From an uncultured Gemmatimonadales bacterium (GTDB lineage: Bacteria > Gemmatimonadota > Gemmatimonadetes > Gemmatimonadales > GWC2-71-9), in the NCBI GenBank assembly GCA_963728915.1, contig CAVSLV010000001.1:1568001-1632000 (forward strand): a DNA stretch of 64,000 nucleotides, written 5' to 3'. The position numbers were made by a program, and so were the translations under genes. The notes under the pieces were generated by a model, which saw nothing but the letters and a program-made list of their open reading frames with translations, made no database searches and was not told the origin of the DNA. Of this stretch, positions 42,212 to 51,673 are shown in pieces (position 1 is the stretch's first letter; every line of letters starts with the position of its first letter).

Positions 42212-43434
42212 CCCCGGCGTCGATCGACGTTCGTTGTGCCTGCGGTCAGACCTATCACGCCGATCCCGGGCACGTCGGCAAGTCGATCCGGTGCCGCTGC
42301 GGCCGGATGCTCGCGGTCCAGGCGCCCGCCCCGCCCCGCGCCGAGGGCCGGAGTCGGCGCAACCCGCGGCGCCCGGCCCAGAGCAAAATCGCCCGGCTGG
42401 GTGACCGGGCCCGCCGGTTCTGGCTCGGACGGGGGATCCTAACCCGCGTTGCCCCGCGAGTCAGCCGCTGGGCCCGGTCCCTGGCCTGGGGATATCTCGC
42501 CCTCGTGGTGGCGTTCACGGCGGGCCTCTGGCTCCTGGGCGACCGCTGGTGGCCGGTGACCGCCCTCCTGTTCGGCCCCCGCTGGTTGATCCTGGTGCCC
42601 GCCCCGTTCGTGGCGGCCGGCGCGCTCCTGGTCCGGCCCGCCACCCTGCTGCCGCTCACGGTCAGCCTCGGTATCGCGATCGGCCCGGGGATGGGCTTCC
42701 GGACCGGCTGGCGCGACTGGGTCGAGTCGGATCATCGCGACCTTCGCGTGATCACCTTCAATATCGACGCAGGGGAGAACTTCCGCGCCTTTGCGATCCC
42801 CCAGGATCTGGAGCGGTTCGCGCCCGACGTGATGGTGTTCCAGGAATGCGATGAGCATCTGGCCGATCCCCAGTACTGGCCCGAGGGGTGGACCATTCGG
42901 TTCGACGCCGGACTCTGTCTGGGAAGCCGCTATCCCCTCCTCGGGTCCACCCAGGAAGAGGAGGTGCACACCGGAGACCTGGGCGGTACCGGAACCGCCC
43001 GGCTCTATCGACTCGATGCGCCGGGTGGACCGGTCGACCTGGTCAGTGTGCACCTGGAGACGCCGCGAAAGGGCCTTCAGGCGCTCGAATACGGCGGCAA
43101 TGCCTCGCGCATGGGGCCGAGCACGTTCGTTCGCGACGTCGGATCGCGGCGGATCCGCCGCTGGGTGGCTCGTCAGAGTCAGGCGGCGATCGTGGCGGGG
43201 GACTTCAACATGCCGGTGGAAAGCGTGATCTACCAGCGCTACTGGAGCGATTGCCCCAACGCCTTCTCCGCCGTCGGGCACGGCTTCGGATACACCAGGA
43301 TCCTCAAGGGCTTCTCGATCCGCATCGACCATGTCCTCGACTGCGGAGGGTGGCGGCCGGTCAAGGCCTTGGTGGGGCCCGATCTTGGATCGGACCACCG
43401 GCCCCTTATCGTGGACCTCCGCCGGAACCGCTGA
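42208..43434 (+). CDS. Membrane-anchored endonuclease/exonuclease/phosphatase (EEP) protein with N-terminal Cys ribbon
   Basis: CACG...CRCG, TM helices, TFNID, FQE, HLETP, GDFN, RIDH, GSDHRP. Confidence 0.85.
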   Translation: MTPASIDVRCACGQTYHADPGHVGKSIRCRCGRMLAVQAPAPPRAEGRSRRNPRRPAQSKIARLGDRARRFWLGRGILTRVAPRVSRWARSLAWGYLALVVAFTAGLWLLGDRWWPVTALLFGPRWLILVPAPFVAAGALLVRPATLLPLTVSLGIAIGPGMGFRTGWRDWVESDHRDLRVITFNIDAGENFRAFAIPQDLERFAPDVMVFQECDEHLADPQYWPEGWTIRFDAGLCLGSRYPLLGSTQEEEVHTGDLGGTGTARLYRLDAPGGPVDLVSVHLETPRKGLQALEYGGNASRMGPSTFVRDVGSRRIRRWVARQSQAAIVAGDFNMPVESVIYQRYWSDCPNAFSAVGHGFGYTRILKGFSIRIDHVLDCGGWRPVKALVGPDLGSDHRPLIVDLRRNR

Positions 43435-44026
43435 ACGCCCGGGCCGCCCGCTCCAGGTCGCTCTCCCCCAGGATGCCCGACACCACCGCGACCCCGATCG
43501 CTCCCTCGGCACGAATCGCCGGCAGGTCCCGAGGCAGGATCCCGCCGATCGCCACGCAGGGAATCCCGTTCGCGAGCGCCACCACCTCGCGTAACCCGCT
43601 AGCGCCGATCGCGCTCCCGGCATCGGGCTTGGTCCGGGTAACCCGCCACGGCCCGACGCCCCAGTAGTCCGCGCCGGCCTCCGCCTCGGCGCGAGATCCC
43701 ACCGAGGCTCCGATGACGAATCCAGGCGGAGCCAGGCGCCGAGCCGACTGGACCGTCAGGTCCTCCGGGCCCAGATGCACCCCCGCGGCACCCACCGCGA
43801 GGGCGACATCGAGGCGATCGTTGACCAACACGGGTACCGGAACCGCGGCGATCAGTCGCCGAGCCAATTGGGCGAGCGCCCGCGGCGTGGCCTGCTTGAG
43901 GCGGAGCTGCACCGAGCTCACTCCTCCGCGGACCGCTGCCGTTGCCAGCTCCACCACGTCGCGATCGGCGACCAGCGCGTCATCGGTCACCAGCATGAGG
44001 CGGAGCATCTCGGCTAGATTCGGCAC
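43406..44026 (-). CDS. thiE: Thiamine-phosphate synthase
   Basis: LVTD, VQLRLK, VNDRLDVALA, GVHLGPED, TRTKPD, AIGGI. Start GTG 44026 or ATG 44008. Confidence 0.92.
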   Translation of the reverse strand: MPNLAEMLRLMLVTDDALVADRDVVELATAAVRGGVSSVQLRLKQATPRALAQLARRLIAAVPVPVLVNDRLDVALAVGAAGVHLGPEDLTVQSARRLAPPGFVIGASVGSRAEAEAGADYWGVGPWRVTRTKPDAGSAIGASGLREVVALANGIPCVAIGGILPRDLPAIRAEGAIGVAVVSGILGESDLERAARAFSGSGGGPR

Positions 44027-44033
44027 GGGAGAA

Positions 44034-44061
44034 CAGTAACCAGTGATCCGTGACCGGTGAC
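44034..44061. repeat. Heptamer tandem repeat spanning the rlmI start
   Basis: CAGTAAC CAGTGAT CCGTGAC CGGTGAC. Confidence 0.55.
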
Positions 44062-45235
44062 TCGTAGTCTCAAGACGCCTTCCGGCGCCGTCGTGAGCCG
44101 GCGAGGGGCCGAACGCTGGCAGCACGGGCATCCCTGGATCTTTGCGAGCGACGTGGCCGCGGGACCCGATGCGCCCGGGGTGATCCCGGTGCGTGATCAT
44201 CGCGGAAAATTCCTCGGTCAGGCCCTCTGGTCACCCCGGTCGGAGATCCGTCTCCGGCTGCTCGAGCGGCGCGAAGACCCGGTCGACGCCGACTGGTGGG
44301 AAGCCCGATTGCGGGAATCGCTCGCCCGACGGGAAGGAATCGAGGCGAGCGCCTATCGGGTGGTCCACGGAGAAGGGGATGGACTCCCCTCCCTCATCAT
44401 CGACCGATACGATCGCTGGGTGGTCGCCCAGCTCCTGTCCGCAGGTCTCGAGACCGTGCGGAACCAGGTCCTCGATGCCATCCGCCGGGTCCTTGCGCCC
44501 CGGGGGATTCTCTTCCGTCACGATGTGGCGGTGCGCCGCCACGAAGGCCTGCCGCTGAATGTGGAGCTGGTCGACGGAAACGTTCCCCAGGATATCGAAA
44601 TCGAGGAGCACGGCATTCGATCGTTCGCCGCACCCTGGACCGGGCAGAAAACCGGCGCGTTCCTCGACCAGCGAGTCAACCGGCGCAAGGCCGGCGAGCT
44701 CGCCGTGCCCGGCGGCCAGGCCCTGGACTGCTTTGCCTATCACGGATCCTTCGCGCTGCATCTCGCCCGCCGGAGCCGCCGGGTTCTGGCCCTCGACACC
44801 AGCGTCGAGGCGCTCCAGCGCGGAGCCCGGAACGCCGCCCTGAACGGCTTCGGCAACATCGAATGGGACGAGGGAGATGCCTTCGAGGTTTTGCGCGCGA
44901 TGGAGCGCGAGCGCCTCCGCTTCGACACGATCGTGCTGGATCCTCCGGCCTTCGCCAAGACCCGAAGCGCGATCCCGGGTGCCCTCCGCGGCTACAAGGA
45001 GATCAACCTCCGGGCCATGCGCCTCCTCAACCCGGGTGGCATCCTGGTGACGGCATCCTGTTCCTTTCACCTCGGTCGCTCGGAATTCCTCGAGGTCGTC
45101 GCCGCCGCCGCACGCGACAGCGGCCGCACTCTGACCCTCGTGGAACACCTGGGGGCCGGGCCCGATCATCCCGAAATCATCACGATCCCGGAGACCAGCT
45201 ATCTGAAAGGCGTAGCTCTGAGGTCTGAGGTGTGA
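44057..45235 (+). CDS. rlmI: RlmI/RlmK-family rRNA SAM methyltransferase
   Basis: HPWIF PUA-like start, EGDGLP, GQKTGAFLDQR, LDPPAF, TASCS, YLK. Confidence 0.88.
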   Translation: MTRSLKTPSGAVVSRRGAERWQHGHPWIFASDVAAGPDAPGVIPVRDHRGKFLGQALWSPRSEIRLRLLERREDPVDADWWEARLRESLARREGIEASAYRVVHGEGDGLPSLIIDRYDRWVVAQLLSAGLETVRNQVLDAIRRVLAPRGILFRHDVAVRRHEGLPLNVELVDGNVPQDIEIEEHGIRSFAAPWTGQKTGAFLDQRVNRRKAGELAVPGGQALDCFAYHGSFALHLARRSRRVLALDTSVEALQRGARNAALNGFGNIEWDEGDAFEVLRAMERERLRFDTIVLDPPAFAKTRSAIPGALRGYKEINLRAMRLLNPGGILVTASCSFHLGRSEFLEVVAAAARDSGRTLTLVEHLGAGPDHPEIITIPETSYLKGVALRSEV

Positions 45236-45279
45236 GGTCTGAGGTGCGACGGGTAAGGCCTCACACCTCACACCTCACA
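45218..45279. repeat. Inverted heptamer arrays (TGAGGTS / CACCTCA), hairpin at the rlmI 3' end
   Basis: CTGAGGTCTGAGGTGTGAGGTCTGAGGTG ... CCTCACACCTCACACCTCACA. Confidence 0.8.
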
Positions 45280-45320
45280 GCTATTTGAGTTTCCTTCCGT
45301 CTTCCTTACCTTGCAAGATC

Positions 45321-46199
45321 ATGCTCACCCAGGCCGACCTGGAGCATCGGACCGGGTCCAAACGGGCCCGGAAGGCCCGCCCGCTGCCCTCGATTCGCCA
45401 ACGATACCAGCAGTACCTCTCCCAACGCATCGAGGACTACAAGAACTCGCTCTCCCGTGAGCAGCTTCTGGGCCTCGGCAACGAGGCGATATCGGACCTT
45501 CAGAACGATCCCGAAGGGCAGTACTTCCTGACCGAAGTCCTCATGCAGGACACCGTCGACAAGATGATCCAGAAGCGCCTCGGTCTGCCGACCTTCGGAC
45601 GATGGCGGCAGAAGTTTGCCACGCTCCGTCAGGCCCAGCGGGAGCCCACCCACTGGGGACTCGAGCGCAAAACCGTGCTGGGCGTCGTGCTCGAGCGCCT
45701 CGAGGCCGGCGATCACGCGGTGGTGATCGGCGGGGGGGCGGAGGCGGCCGTCTTTCTTCTCGCCGCGCATGATGCCCGACTCACCTGCCTGTTCGAGGAC
45801 AATTCCACCTGCACCCGGATCGAGAACCGGATGGCCGCCGAATCGCTGACCGGAGACTTCGAGGCCTTCGTGGTCCAGCTCGGGGTGTGGTTTCCCACCA
45901 TCGCCCTGCCGGCGCACCTGGTGGTCATCGACGCCGGGACCCTTGCGGACCTTCCGGCCCCGAGGCGCCTCACCCTCATGGCCCGCCTCCAGGACTGGAC
46001 CATGCCGGGCGGGCTGCATGCCGTGGTGGGTCGGCCCGGATCGGTGGCCCCGGAAACGTGGCTTTCCCTCTATCCCGATTGGGAACGGCTCCCCCAGAAG
46101 GAAACCCGCGGACGTAACGCGAAGCGGGCCGCTTCACCGGGGATTCTCCTCGCGCGTCCACTCCCCACCACCGCTCCCGAGCAGGCCTCGACCGCCTGA
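45321..46199 (+). CDS. Hypothetical protein: helical N-domain plus degenerate methyltransferase-like C-domain
   Basis: AVVIGGGAE motif-I-like, LVVID, RLQDWTMPGGLHAV. TACCTT box 8 nt before ATG 45321. Confidence 0.7.
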   Translation: MLTQADLEHRTGSKRARKARPLPSIRQRYQQYLSQRIEDYKNSLSREQLLGLGNEAISDLQNDPEGQYFLTEVLMQDTVDKMIQKRLGLPTFGRWRQKFATLRQAQREPTHWGLERKTVLGVVLERLEAGDHAVVIGGGAEAAVFLLAAHDARLTCLFEDNSTCTRIENRMAAESLTGDFEAFVVQLGVWFPTIALPAHLVVIDAGTLADLPAPRRLTLMARLQDWTMPGGLHAVVGRPGSVAPETWLSLYPDWERLPQKETRGRNAKRAASPGILLARPLPTTAPEQASTA

Positions 46200-46240
46200 G
46201 CTTGCGCGCTTCCTCCCCCCGGTCGTAGACTCGGAAGGTC

Positions 46241-49186
46241 ATGTCATCCTTCACCTTGAACGGCACCCTGGTCTCCTTCGAGCCGGGAGCGACCATTCTC
46301 GACGCCGCTCGTGCCGCTGGGGTCGATATCCCGACACTCTGCTGGTACCCCAAGCTCCCCAACGTCGCCAATTGCCGCATCTGCCTGGTGTCGGTCGAAG
46401 GTCAACCGAAACTCATGCCGGCCTGCAATACCCCGGCGAACGAGGGGATGGTGGTCACCACCGAGTCCCCGGCCGGGGTGGAAAACCGGCGAAGCGTGCT
46501 GCGGTTTCTCCTCGAGCGGTATCCCGGCGAGCACCTGAACAACGGCGGCCGGGCTTCGCCCCGGAACGAGTTCGAGCGGTATGTCGCCCAGTACGATGTG
46601 CCGGCCGAGCACCGTTCGACCCTCCCGCTCCGGGGCGGCGACACCCGCCCCGGCGACGTGATGATCAGCCACGACATGTCGCTTTGCGTGTTATGTACGC
46701 GATGCGTCCGGGCCTGCGAGAGCATCCAGGAAGTCGGGGTGCTGGACGTCGCGGAACGGGGCTCCCACACCGAGATCATCGTGGGCGGGGATGGCGACCC
46801 CGACCACGCCGGCTGCACCTGGTGCGGTGAGTGCGTCCGGGTCTGCCCCACCGGGGCCATTTTTGAAGTGATGCCCCGCAAGCGGTTCGCCCCCGAGGAG
46901 ATCCGCGCCCCGGACAAGACGGTCCGTTCGGTCTGTCCTTACTGCGGCGTCGGTTGCCAGATCGACCTGCAGGTCCGGGACAATCAGATCCTGCGGGTCA
47001 CGTCGCCCTGGATCGAGGAGCGCACCCCGAACCAGGGTTCCACCTGCGTCAAGGGACGGTTCGGGTACGATTTCCCCCAGCATCGCGATCGCCTGACCCG
47101 CCCGCTCATCAGAAAGGGGTGGGAGCGACAGGGCGACCGCTGGGTCTGGACCGGCGAGACACCCCGCTACCGGGAAGGGCCCTGGCACACCGTCGCGGAA
47201 GAAGGCAAGCGCCGAAAGCCGAGGCCACCGGTACGCCAGGTCGGCAAGCCACCCCTTACCGGTCTCGCCCCCTCCGACGACGGCGATGTCCGGGATCGGG
47301 TCGCCACGCCGGCGGACTGGTACGACCAGTTCCGGGAAGCCACCTGGGAGGAGGCGATGAGCCTGACCGCCCAGGAGCTGCTCCGGATCCGCGACGGCGA
47401 GGGCCCGCAGGCGCTCGCCGCGTTCTCGTCGGCCAAGTGCAGCAATGAGGAGAATTACCTGCTGATGCGGATGGTGCGGGCCGGGTTCCGCACCAACAAC
47501 GTCGACCACTGCACCAGGCTCTGTCATTCGACCTCGGTGGCCGCGATGAACCGCGCCCTCGCCACCGCGGCGGCGTCCGGTTCGATGCGGGAAATCGAGG
47601 AAGCCTGCGATGTCATCTTCATCGCGGGGGCCAACACCACCGAGAGTCACCCGGTGTTCGGGGCCCTCATCAAACGGGCCCATGCCAAGGGCGCCAAGCT
47701 GATCGTCGCGGACGTCCGCCGCACCGAGCTGGCGGCGCTCGCCGACATCCACCTCCAGATGCTGCCGGGAACCGACGTCGCGCTCTACAGCGGGATGCTG
47801 GCGCACCTCATCGAGTCGGGCCTGGCCAACCAGCCGTTCATCGCCGAGCGGACCAGTGGGTTCAAGGAAGTTGCCTGCGCGGTCCTGCCCTACACCCTCG
47901 AGGTGGCGAGCAAGATCACCGGGATCCCCACCGACCTGATCCGCCGCGCCGCCGAGACCTATGCGCGCGGGCCCAACACCTCCACGTTATGGGCGATGGG
48001 ACTCACCCAGCACTCGACCGGCACCGACATCGTCGCGAGCCTCCTGAACCTCCTGCTCGCCTGCGGCATGATCGGGCGATGGGGCGCAGCGATGATCCCG
48101 ATCCGGGGCCAGAACAACGTCCAGGGTGCCAGCGACGTCGGCGCGATTCCCTTTGCGTACACCGACTACCGCACCGTGACCGATCCGGCCAACCGGGCCG
48201 AGTATGCGAAAGCCTGGCGAGTGCCCGAGGAGTCGCTCTCGCTCGAGAACGGACTCATGGTCACCGAGATCGTGAAGGAAGGCAGTCCGGTCCGGGGCAT
48301 GTATATCATGGGGGAAAATCCGGTCCTTTCCGACCCCAACGTGGCCAAAGCGGAAGAGTGGGTTCGAAAGCTCGAGTTCCTCGCGGTCCACGATCTCTTC
48401 CTCACCGAGACCGCACGCTGGGCCGATGTGGTACTCCCGGGCTCCTCGTTCGCCGAAAAGCAGGGAACCTTCGCGAACACCGATCGGCACATCCAGCTCG
48501 CCGATCCCGCGGTCCCGCTGCCCGGAGATGCCCGCCTCGATCTCGAGATCCTGATCGACCTCTCCAGGCGCCTGGGGCTCGAGGCGCCCTACCAGGGGCC
48601 GTCCGATGTCATGGAAGAGATCGCCCGGGTCACCCCAACCTGGCGGGCGGTCTCCTATCAGAAGCTGCGTCGCGACGGCGCGCTGCAGTACCCGGTTCTG
48701 ACCGAAGACTCCAAGGGCACGCCGTTCCTTTTCGCGGACCGGTTCCCCACCCCCGACGGCCGGGGCACCCTGGTGCCCGTCGAGTACCTGCCTCCGGCGG
48801 AGCTTCCCAGCGAGGAGTTCCCCTTCTTTCTCAACACCGGACGGCAGATGTACCACTGGCATACCGGCACCATGACCCGCCGCGCCGAGGGACTCGATTC
48901 CCGAGAGCCGGTGCCGGTGGTGGAGATCGCCCCGTCCGACGCCCTGGCCCTCGGCGTAGGCGAAGGCGACACCGTTCGCGTGACGTCCCGCCGGGGCAGC
49001 GTACTCATCGGCGTGCGGATTTCCGATCGACAGGCGCCGGGTCAGGTGTTCATCCCCATGCACTTCCGGGAAGCCGCGGCCAATCTGCTGACCAATCCTG
49101 CCCTCGATCCCTATGCCAAGATCGCGGAGTTCAAAGTGAGCGCGGTGCGGATCGAAGTGCACGACGCTTCGTTAGTTTCCGGCTGA
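46241..49186 (+). CDS. fdhF: Formate dehydrogenase alpha subunit (FdsA/FdhF type, Cys-ligated Mo/W)
   Basis: [2Fe-2S] domain, two CxxCxxC ferredoxin motifs, CPYCGVGC, VDHCTRLCHS, RGQNNVQG, LNTGR, molybdopterin-binding C-terminus. Confidence 0.92.
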   Translation: MSSFTLNGTLVSFEPGATILDAARAAGVDIPTLCWYPKLPNVANCRICLVSVEGQPKLMPACNTPANEGMVVTTESPAGVENRRSVLRFLLERYPGEHLNNGGRASPRNEFERYVAQYDVPAEHRSTLPLRGGDTRPGDVMISHDMSLCVLCTRCVRACESIQEVGVLDVAERGSHTEIIVGGDGDPDHAGCTWCGECVRVCPTGAIFEVMPRKRFAPEEIRAPDKTVRSVCPYCGVGCQIDLQVRDNQILRVTSPWIEERTPNQGSTCVKGRFGYDFPQHRDRLTRPLIRKGWERQGDRWVWTGETPRYREGPWHTVAEEGKRRKPRPPVRQVGKPPLTGLAPSDDGDVRDRVATPADWYDQFREATWEEAMSLTAQELLRIRDGEGPQALAAFSSAKCSNEENYLLMRMVRAGFRTNNVDHCTRLCHSTSVAAMNRALATAAASGSMREIEEACDVIFIAGANTTESHPVFGALIKRAHAKGAKLIVADVRRTELAALADIHLQMLPGTDVALYSGMLAHLIESGLANQPFIAERTSGFKEVACAVLPYTLEVASKITGIPTDLIRRAAETYARGPNTSTLWAMGLTQHSTGTDIVASLLNLLLACGMIGRWGAAMIPIRGQNNVQGASDVGAIPFAYTDYRTVTDPANRAEYAKAWRVPEESLSLENGLMVTEIVKEGSPVRGMYIMGENPVLSDPNVAKAEEWVRKLEFLAVHDLFLTETARWADVVLPGSSFAEKQGTFANTDRHIQLADPAVPLPGDARLDLEILIDLSRRLGLEAPYQGPSDVMEEIARVTPTWRAVSYQKLRRDGALQYPVLTEDSKGTPFLFADRFPTPDGRGTLVPVEYLPPAELPSEEFPFFLNTGRQMYHWHTGTMTRRAEGLDSREPVPVVEIAPSDALALGVGEGDTVRVTSRRGSVLIGVRISDRQAPGQVFIPMHFREAAANLLTNPALDPYAKIAEFKVSAVRIEVHDASLVSG

Positions 49187-49213
49187 CCAACACCCAGTCC
49201 CCAGCGAGGCATT

Positions 49214-50257
49214 CTGCGCGCACTGGTCAAGACCGGGGCCGGCCCCGGGATGGAGCTTCGCGAGGTTCCCAAGCCGTCCTGCGGCCCAACCGACGTGCTC
49301 ATCCGGGTCCATGCCGCCGGGGTCTGCGGCACCGACCTCCACATCTGGGAATGGGATGCCTGGGCCGCCGGCCGGCTTCGGCCGCCCCTGGTGATCGGTC
49401 ATGAATTTGCCGGTGAGATCGTGGCGCTCGGCGTCGAGGCGGCGGCCGAGGGGCTGCTGGCCACCGGAGACCCGGTCACCGCCGAAGGCCACATCGTGTG
49501 CGGGCATTGCCTCCAGTGCCGCACCGGACTGTCTCACCTCTGCACCCGGACCCGGATCATCGGGGTCGATCGGGACGGCGCCTTCGCCGATTTCATCGCG
49601 ATGCCCGCGTCGAACGTCATCAAGCTCGACGGGATCGCCACGGAGATCGGCGCCATCATGGATCCGGTCGGGAATGCGGTGCACACGGTGCTGGAGGGAA
49701 CCGACATCACCGGCGCCACGGTGTTCGTCCTGGGGTGCGGACCGATCGGCTGTTTTGCCTGCGGCGTCGCCCGGGCCGCGGGGGCCTCCCTGGTCATCGC
49801 CAGCGACTTCAACGACATGCGGCTCGACCTGGCCAGGCGCATGGGGGCGAACGTCACTCTCAATCCCAGCCGAGACGACGTGCTCGCCCGGATCGGCGAG
49901 CTGACCGGTGGAGAAGGCGTGGATCTGGTCTGTGAAATGAGCGGTCATCCGGCAGGACATGCCCAGGCCTTCGCCGCGGCACGATCCGGCGGACGGGTCA
50001 ACCTGCTCGGCACGCCCAGCAAACCGACCGAGGTGAACTTCGCCAGGGACGTGATCTTCAAGGGATTGACCCTCTACGGCGTCACCGGCCGCAAGATGTA
50101 CTCGACCTGGCACCAGATGGTCCGCCTGATCCGGAACGGCCAGCTCGATCCGCGCCCCGTCATTACCCACCGGTTTCCGCTCGAACAGATCGGCGAGGCC
50201 ATTGCCGTCATCAAGGACGGCAAAGCCGGCAAGGTCATTCTGGAGATCGCGTCGTGA
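49214..50257 (+). CDS. tdh: L-threonine 3-dehydrogenase
   Basis: CGTDLHI, GHE, CGHCLQC..HLC, GCGPIG. Conserved N-terminus RALVK lies upstream of the first ATG (49250), implying a CTG start at 49214. Confidence 0.93.
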   Translation: MRALVKTGAGPGMELREVPKPSCGPTDVLIRVHAAGVCGTDLHIWEWDAWAAGRLRPPLVIGHEFAGEIVALGVEAAAEGLLATGDPVTAEGHIVCGHCLQCRTGLSHLCTRTRIIGVDRDGAFADFIAMPASNVIKLDGIATEIGAIMDPVGNAVHTVLEGTDITGATVFVLGCGPIGCFACGVARAAGASLVIASDFNDMRLDLARRMGANVTLNPSRDDVLARIGELTGGEGVDLVCEMSGHPAGHAQAFAAARSGGRVNLLGTPSKPTEVNFARDVIFKGLTLYGVTGRKMYSTWHQMVRLIRNGQLDPRPVITHRFPLEQIGEAIAVIKDGKAGKVILEIAS

Positions 50258-51453
50258 CGTCTTCCCTCGAGACCAGAGTCCAAACCGGACTCGATCAGTT
50301 CCGCCGGGACCAGGTCTATAAGACCCTCAATTACCTCGACAGTCCTCAGGCTCCCAGGGTCCAGATGGAAGGAAGGGGCGAGGTCATCATCCTCTCCTCC
50401 AACAACTACCTCGGTCTGAGCACGGAGCCCAGCGTCATCCAGGCGGGACACGAGGCACTCGATCGCTTCGGCGCCGGAACGGCATCGGTTCGCTTCATCT
50501 GCGGGACCTTCACCATTCATCGCGAGCTGGAGCAGGCCCTCGCTGGGCTGGTGGGAACCGCCGCGTCCCTTTCCTTCGTGAGCTGCTGGAATGCCAATGA
50601 AGCCCTGCCCGCGACGGTACTCACCGAGCGCGATATCGTCCTGAGCGACCAGCTCAACCATGCCTCGATCATCGACGCCATCCGCCTCGCCAAGAACATC
50701 ACCAAATGCGCCACCGGCGTGTATGAGCACAAGAACCTTGCGGATCTGGATGCCAAGCTCAAGGCCGCGAAAGACCGCGAAGCGAAGATGGTGATCACCG
50801 ATGGGGTGTTCTCCATGGAGGGCGCCATCGCGGACCTGCCGGGTCTGCTCGAGGTGTGTCGCAAGCACGGGGCGGTGCTGGTGGTGGATGACAGTCACGC
50901 CACCGGCGTGCTCGGCAAGACCGGCCGGGGGACCGCGGAACATCACGGGGTGCTCGGGCAGATCGACGTCATTACCAGTACGCTGGGGAAGGCGCTGGGG
51001 GGCGCCGCCGGTGGATTCGTGGCGGGATCGGAGGCGATATGCGACTATCTCACCCAACGCTCCCGTCCGCAGCTCTTCAGCAACGCGCTGCCCTGCACCG
51101 TGGCGGGGAGCGCCCTCGCCGCGGTGCGCTACCTGGAAGCCCATCCCGAACGGGTGGAGCGGCTTCGGGAGAACACAGCCTATTTCCGGGGTCAGCTGAA
51201 TGAGCTGGGATTTAAACCGATCCCGGGAGAAACCCCGATCGTCCCGGTCATCATCGGCGAGACGGCCAATGCGATCCGGATGAGCCAGCTGCTGCTGGGG
51301 GAAGGCGTCTTCGTCACCGGCTTCGGTTATCCGGTGGTCCCACAGGGAACTGCCCGGGTCCGCTGTCAAATCTCCGCGGGGCACACCCGTGAAGACCTGG
51401 ACCAGGCGCTACGGGCCTTCGAGAAGGTCGGCAAGCAGCTCAAGCTGATCTAG
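50254..51453 (+). CDS. kbl: Glycine C-acetyltransferase (2-amino-3-ketobutyrate CoA ligase)
   Basis: SNNYLGL, ASVRFICGT, LNHASIID, TDGVFSMEG, DDSHA, TLGKALGG. Confidence 0.95.
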   Translation: MTSSLETRVQTGLDQFRRDQVYKTLNYLDSPQAPRVQMEGRGEVIILSSNNYLGLSTEPSVIQAGHEALDRFGAGTASVRFICGTFTIHRELEQALAGLVGTAASLSFVSCWNANEALPATVLTERDIVLSDQLNHASIIDAIRLAKNITKCATGVYEHKNLADLDAKLKAAKDREAKMVITDGVFSMEGAIADLPGLLEVCRKHGAVLVVDDSHATGVLGKTGRGTAEHHGVLGQIDVITSTLGKALGGAAGGFVAGSEAICDYLTQRSRPQLFSNALPCTVAGSALAAVRYLEAHPERVERLRENTAYFRGQLNELGFKPIPGETPIVPVIIGETANAIRMSQLLLGEGVFVTGFGYPVVPQGTARVRCQISAGHTREDLDQALRAFEKVGKQLKLI

Positions 51454-51574
51454 CGTAATGAGCGACCTGTGGCGGGTTCAGCCTGCCTCCCCGCCCAGGA
51501 CCGACAAACTTTGCAGGGTGGCCACCAACCGGCTGACAGCTTGATAAGCTGTTGCCGTATGTATACTTGCACAA

Positions 51575-51609
51575 TCTGGCCACTCTGGCCATCCGGCCAC
51601 TCTGGCCCC
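51575..51609. repeat. TCTGGCCAC tandem repeat, four units
   Basis: TCTGGCCAC TCTGGCCA TCCGGCCAC TCTGGCCCC. Confidence 0.65.
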
Positions 51610-51673
51610 CTGACGTGCAAGCACGGGCTTTGCCGTCTCGTGCTTCTCTGACTCACGGTTCGGAGGCTGGCTC

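Noticed and set aside
47500..47530. Possible selenocysteine in the formate dehydrogenase active site
   Set aside because: The motif reads HCTRLCH with a TGT Cys codon; the TGA at 49184 follows the normal C-terminus and is not a catalytic position.
51619..51633. AAGCACGGGCTTTGC as a sigma54 promoter
   Set aside because: Has AG instead of the near-invariant GG at -24.
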